Shown here in pieces: positions 63,474 through 64,000 of a DNA stretch of 64,000 nucleotides. The position numbers and the translations under genes were made by a program. A model generated the notes under the pieces. It made no database searches, was not told the origin of the DNA, and saw only the letters and a list, made by a program, of their open reading frames with translations. Positions within the stretch are counted from its first letter, which is position 1. Every line of letters starts with the position of its first letter. The DNA is from Microthyrium microscopicum (Eukaryota). The stretch lies in NCBI GenBank assembly GCA_010405405.1, contig MU004230.1:3134627-3198626 (forward strand). Reading direction: 5' to 3'.

Positions 63474-64000
63474 GATGAAGAGCCAAGTGTTTGGTTGCGT
63501 GGTAGAGAAGCTCAGCTAACAGTTACTGAGCTCATCTTTTACTACAAACATTTAAATTCATCAGAGATTTAGTCTCAAAGTGTGCCAAGCCCTAGCAACG
63601 CTTTCGTAAAGAACAATAGTGGTGAAGGCAGTCACGACTGTAACCGCTGAGCAACCTGGGTAAGCACCAACGACCGGGTAGGCACCCTTTGGTCATCATG
63701 ATAACGTCGTTTCTCTTTTTACTCGTGAAACGTTCAACACCAGAGTAGGCTACATTATCATCGCTTTAGGGGCCAAGAAATCTCCTAAATCCAAAAAGGT
63801 TGAAATCCCACCATAAGGCTGAAATAGGGCTGGCGACTTTGGCTTGAGGGGAGGGGCAACAGTAAACTTCGGATAAGTTTAGTTAAATGCTACGTCAATA
63901 CATCAGATGGTATGCGCTTTCCATCTTTACCATAGATCTTCATGACATAGGCTTACAAGACAATTACTAATACATAGCCCCCCAAATCCCATGACGATTG

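Overview
Intron-containing fungal (Pezizomycotina-type ascomycete) genomic DNA. Conserved genes include a TauD/gamma-butyrobetaine-dioxygenase-like enzyme, a PSP1-domain protein, QCR6, two MFS transporters, the G-patch splicing factor TFIP11/Ntr1, SPT2, RPP2, RPS15, a DUF829/PaxU-like hydrolase, cystathionine gamma-lyase, NUS1 and an F-box-like protein. A 9.83 kb RIP-destroyed, very AT-rich DNA transposon (48048-57878) retains perfect 22-bp terminal inverted repeats and an 8-bp target-site duplication, which is hAT-like. The most unusual content is a dispersed cluster between about 13.5 and 35.3 kb of nine loci (ten fingers). They encode small, highly divergent proteins with an N-terminal CxxC-x~16-29-CxxC zinc finger (usually ...P..[AE][FY]...[YF]xxCxxC). 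Six of the nine have a phase-0 intron just after the finger, followed by unrelated low-complexity or acidic tails, and some copies are decaying. The ORF track largely misses this family because the fingers sit in short first exons. All gene models were assembled by eye and no database search was run.
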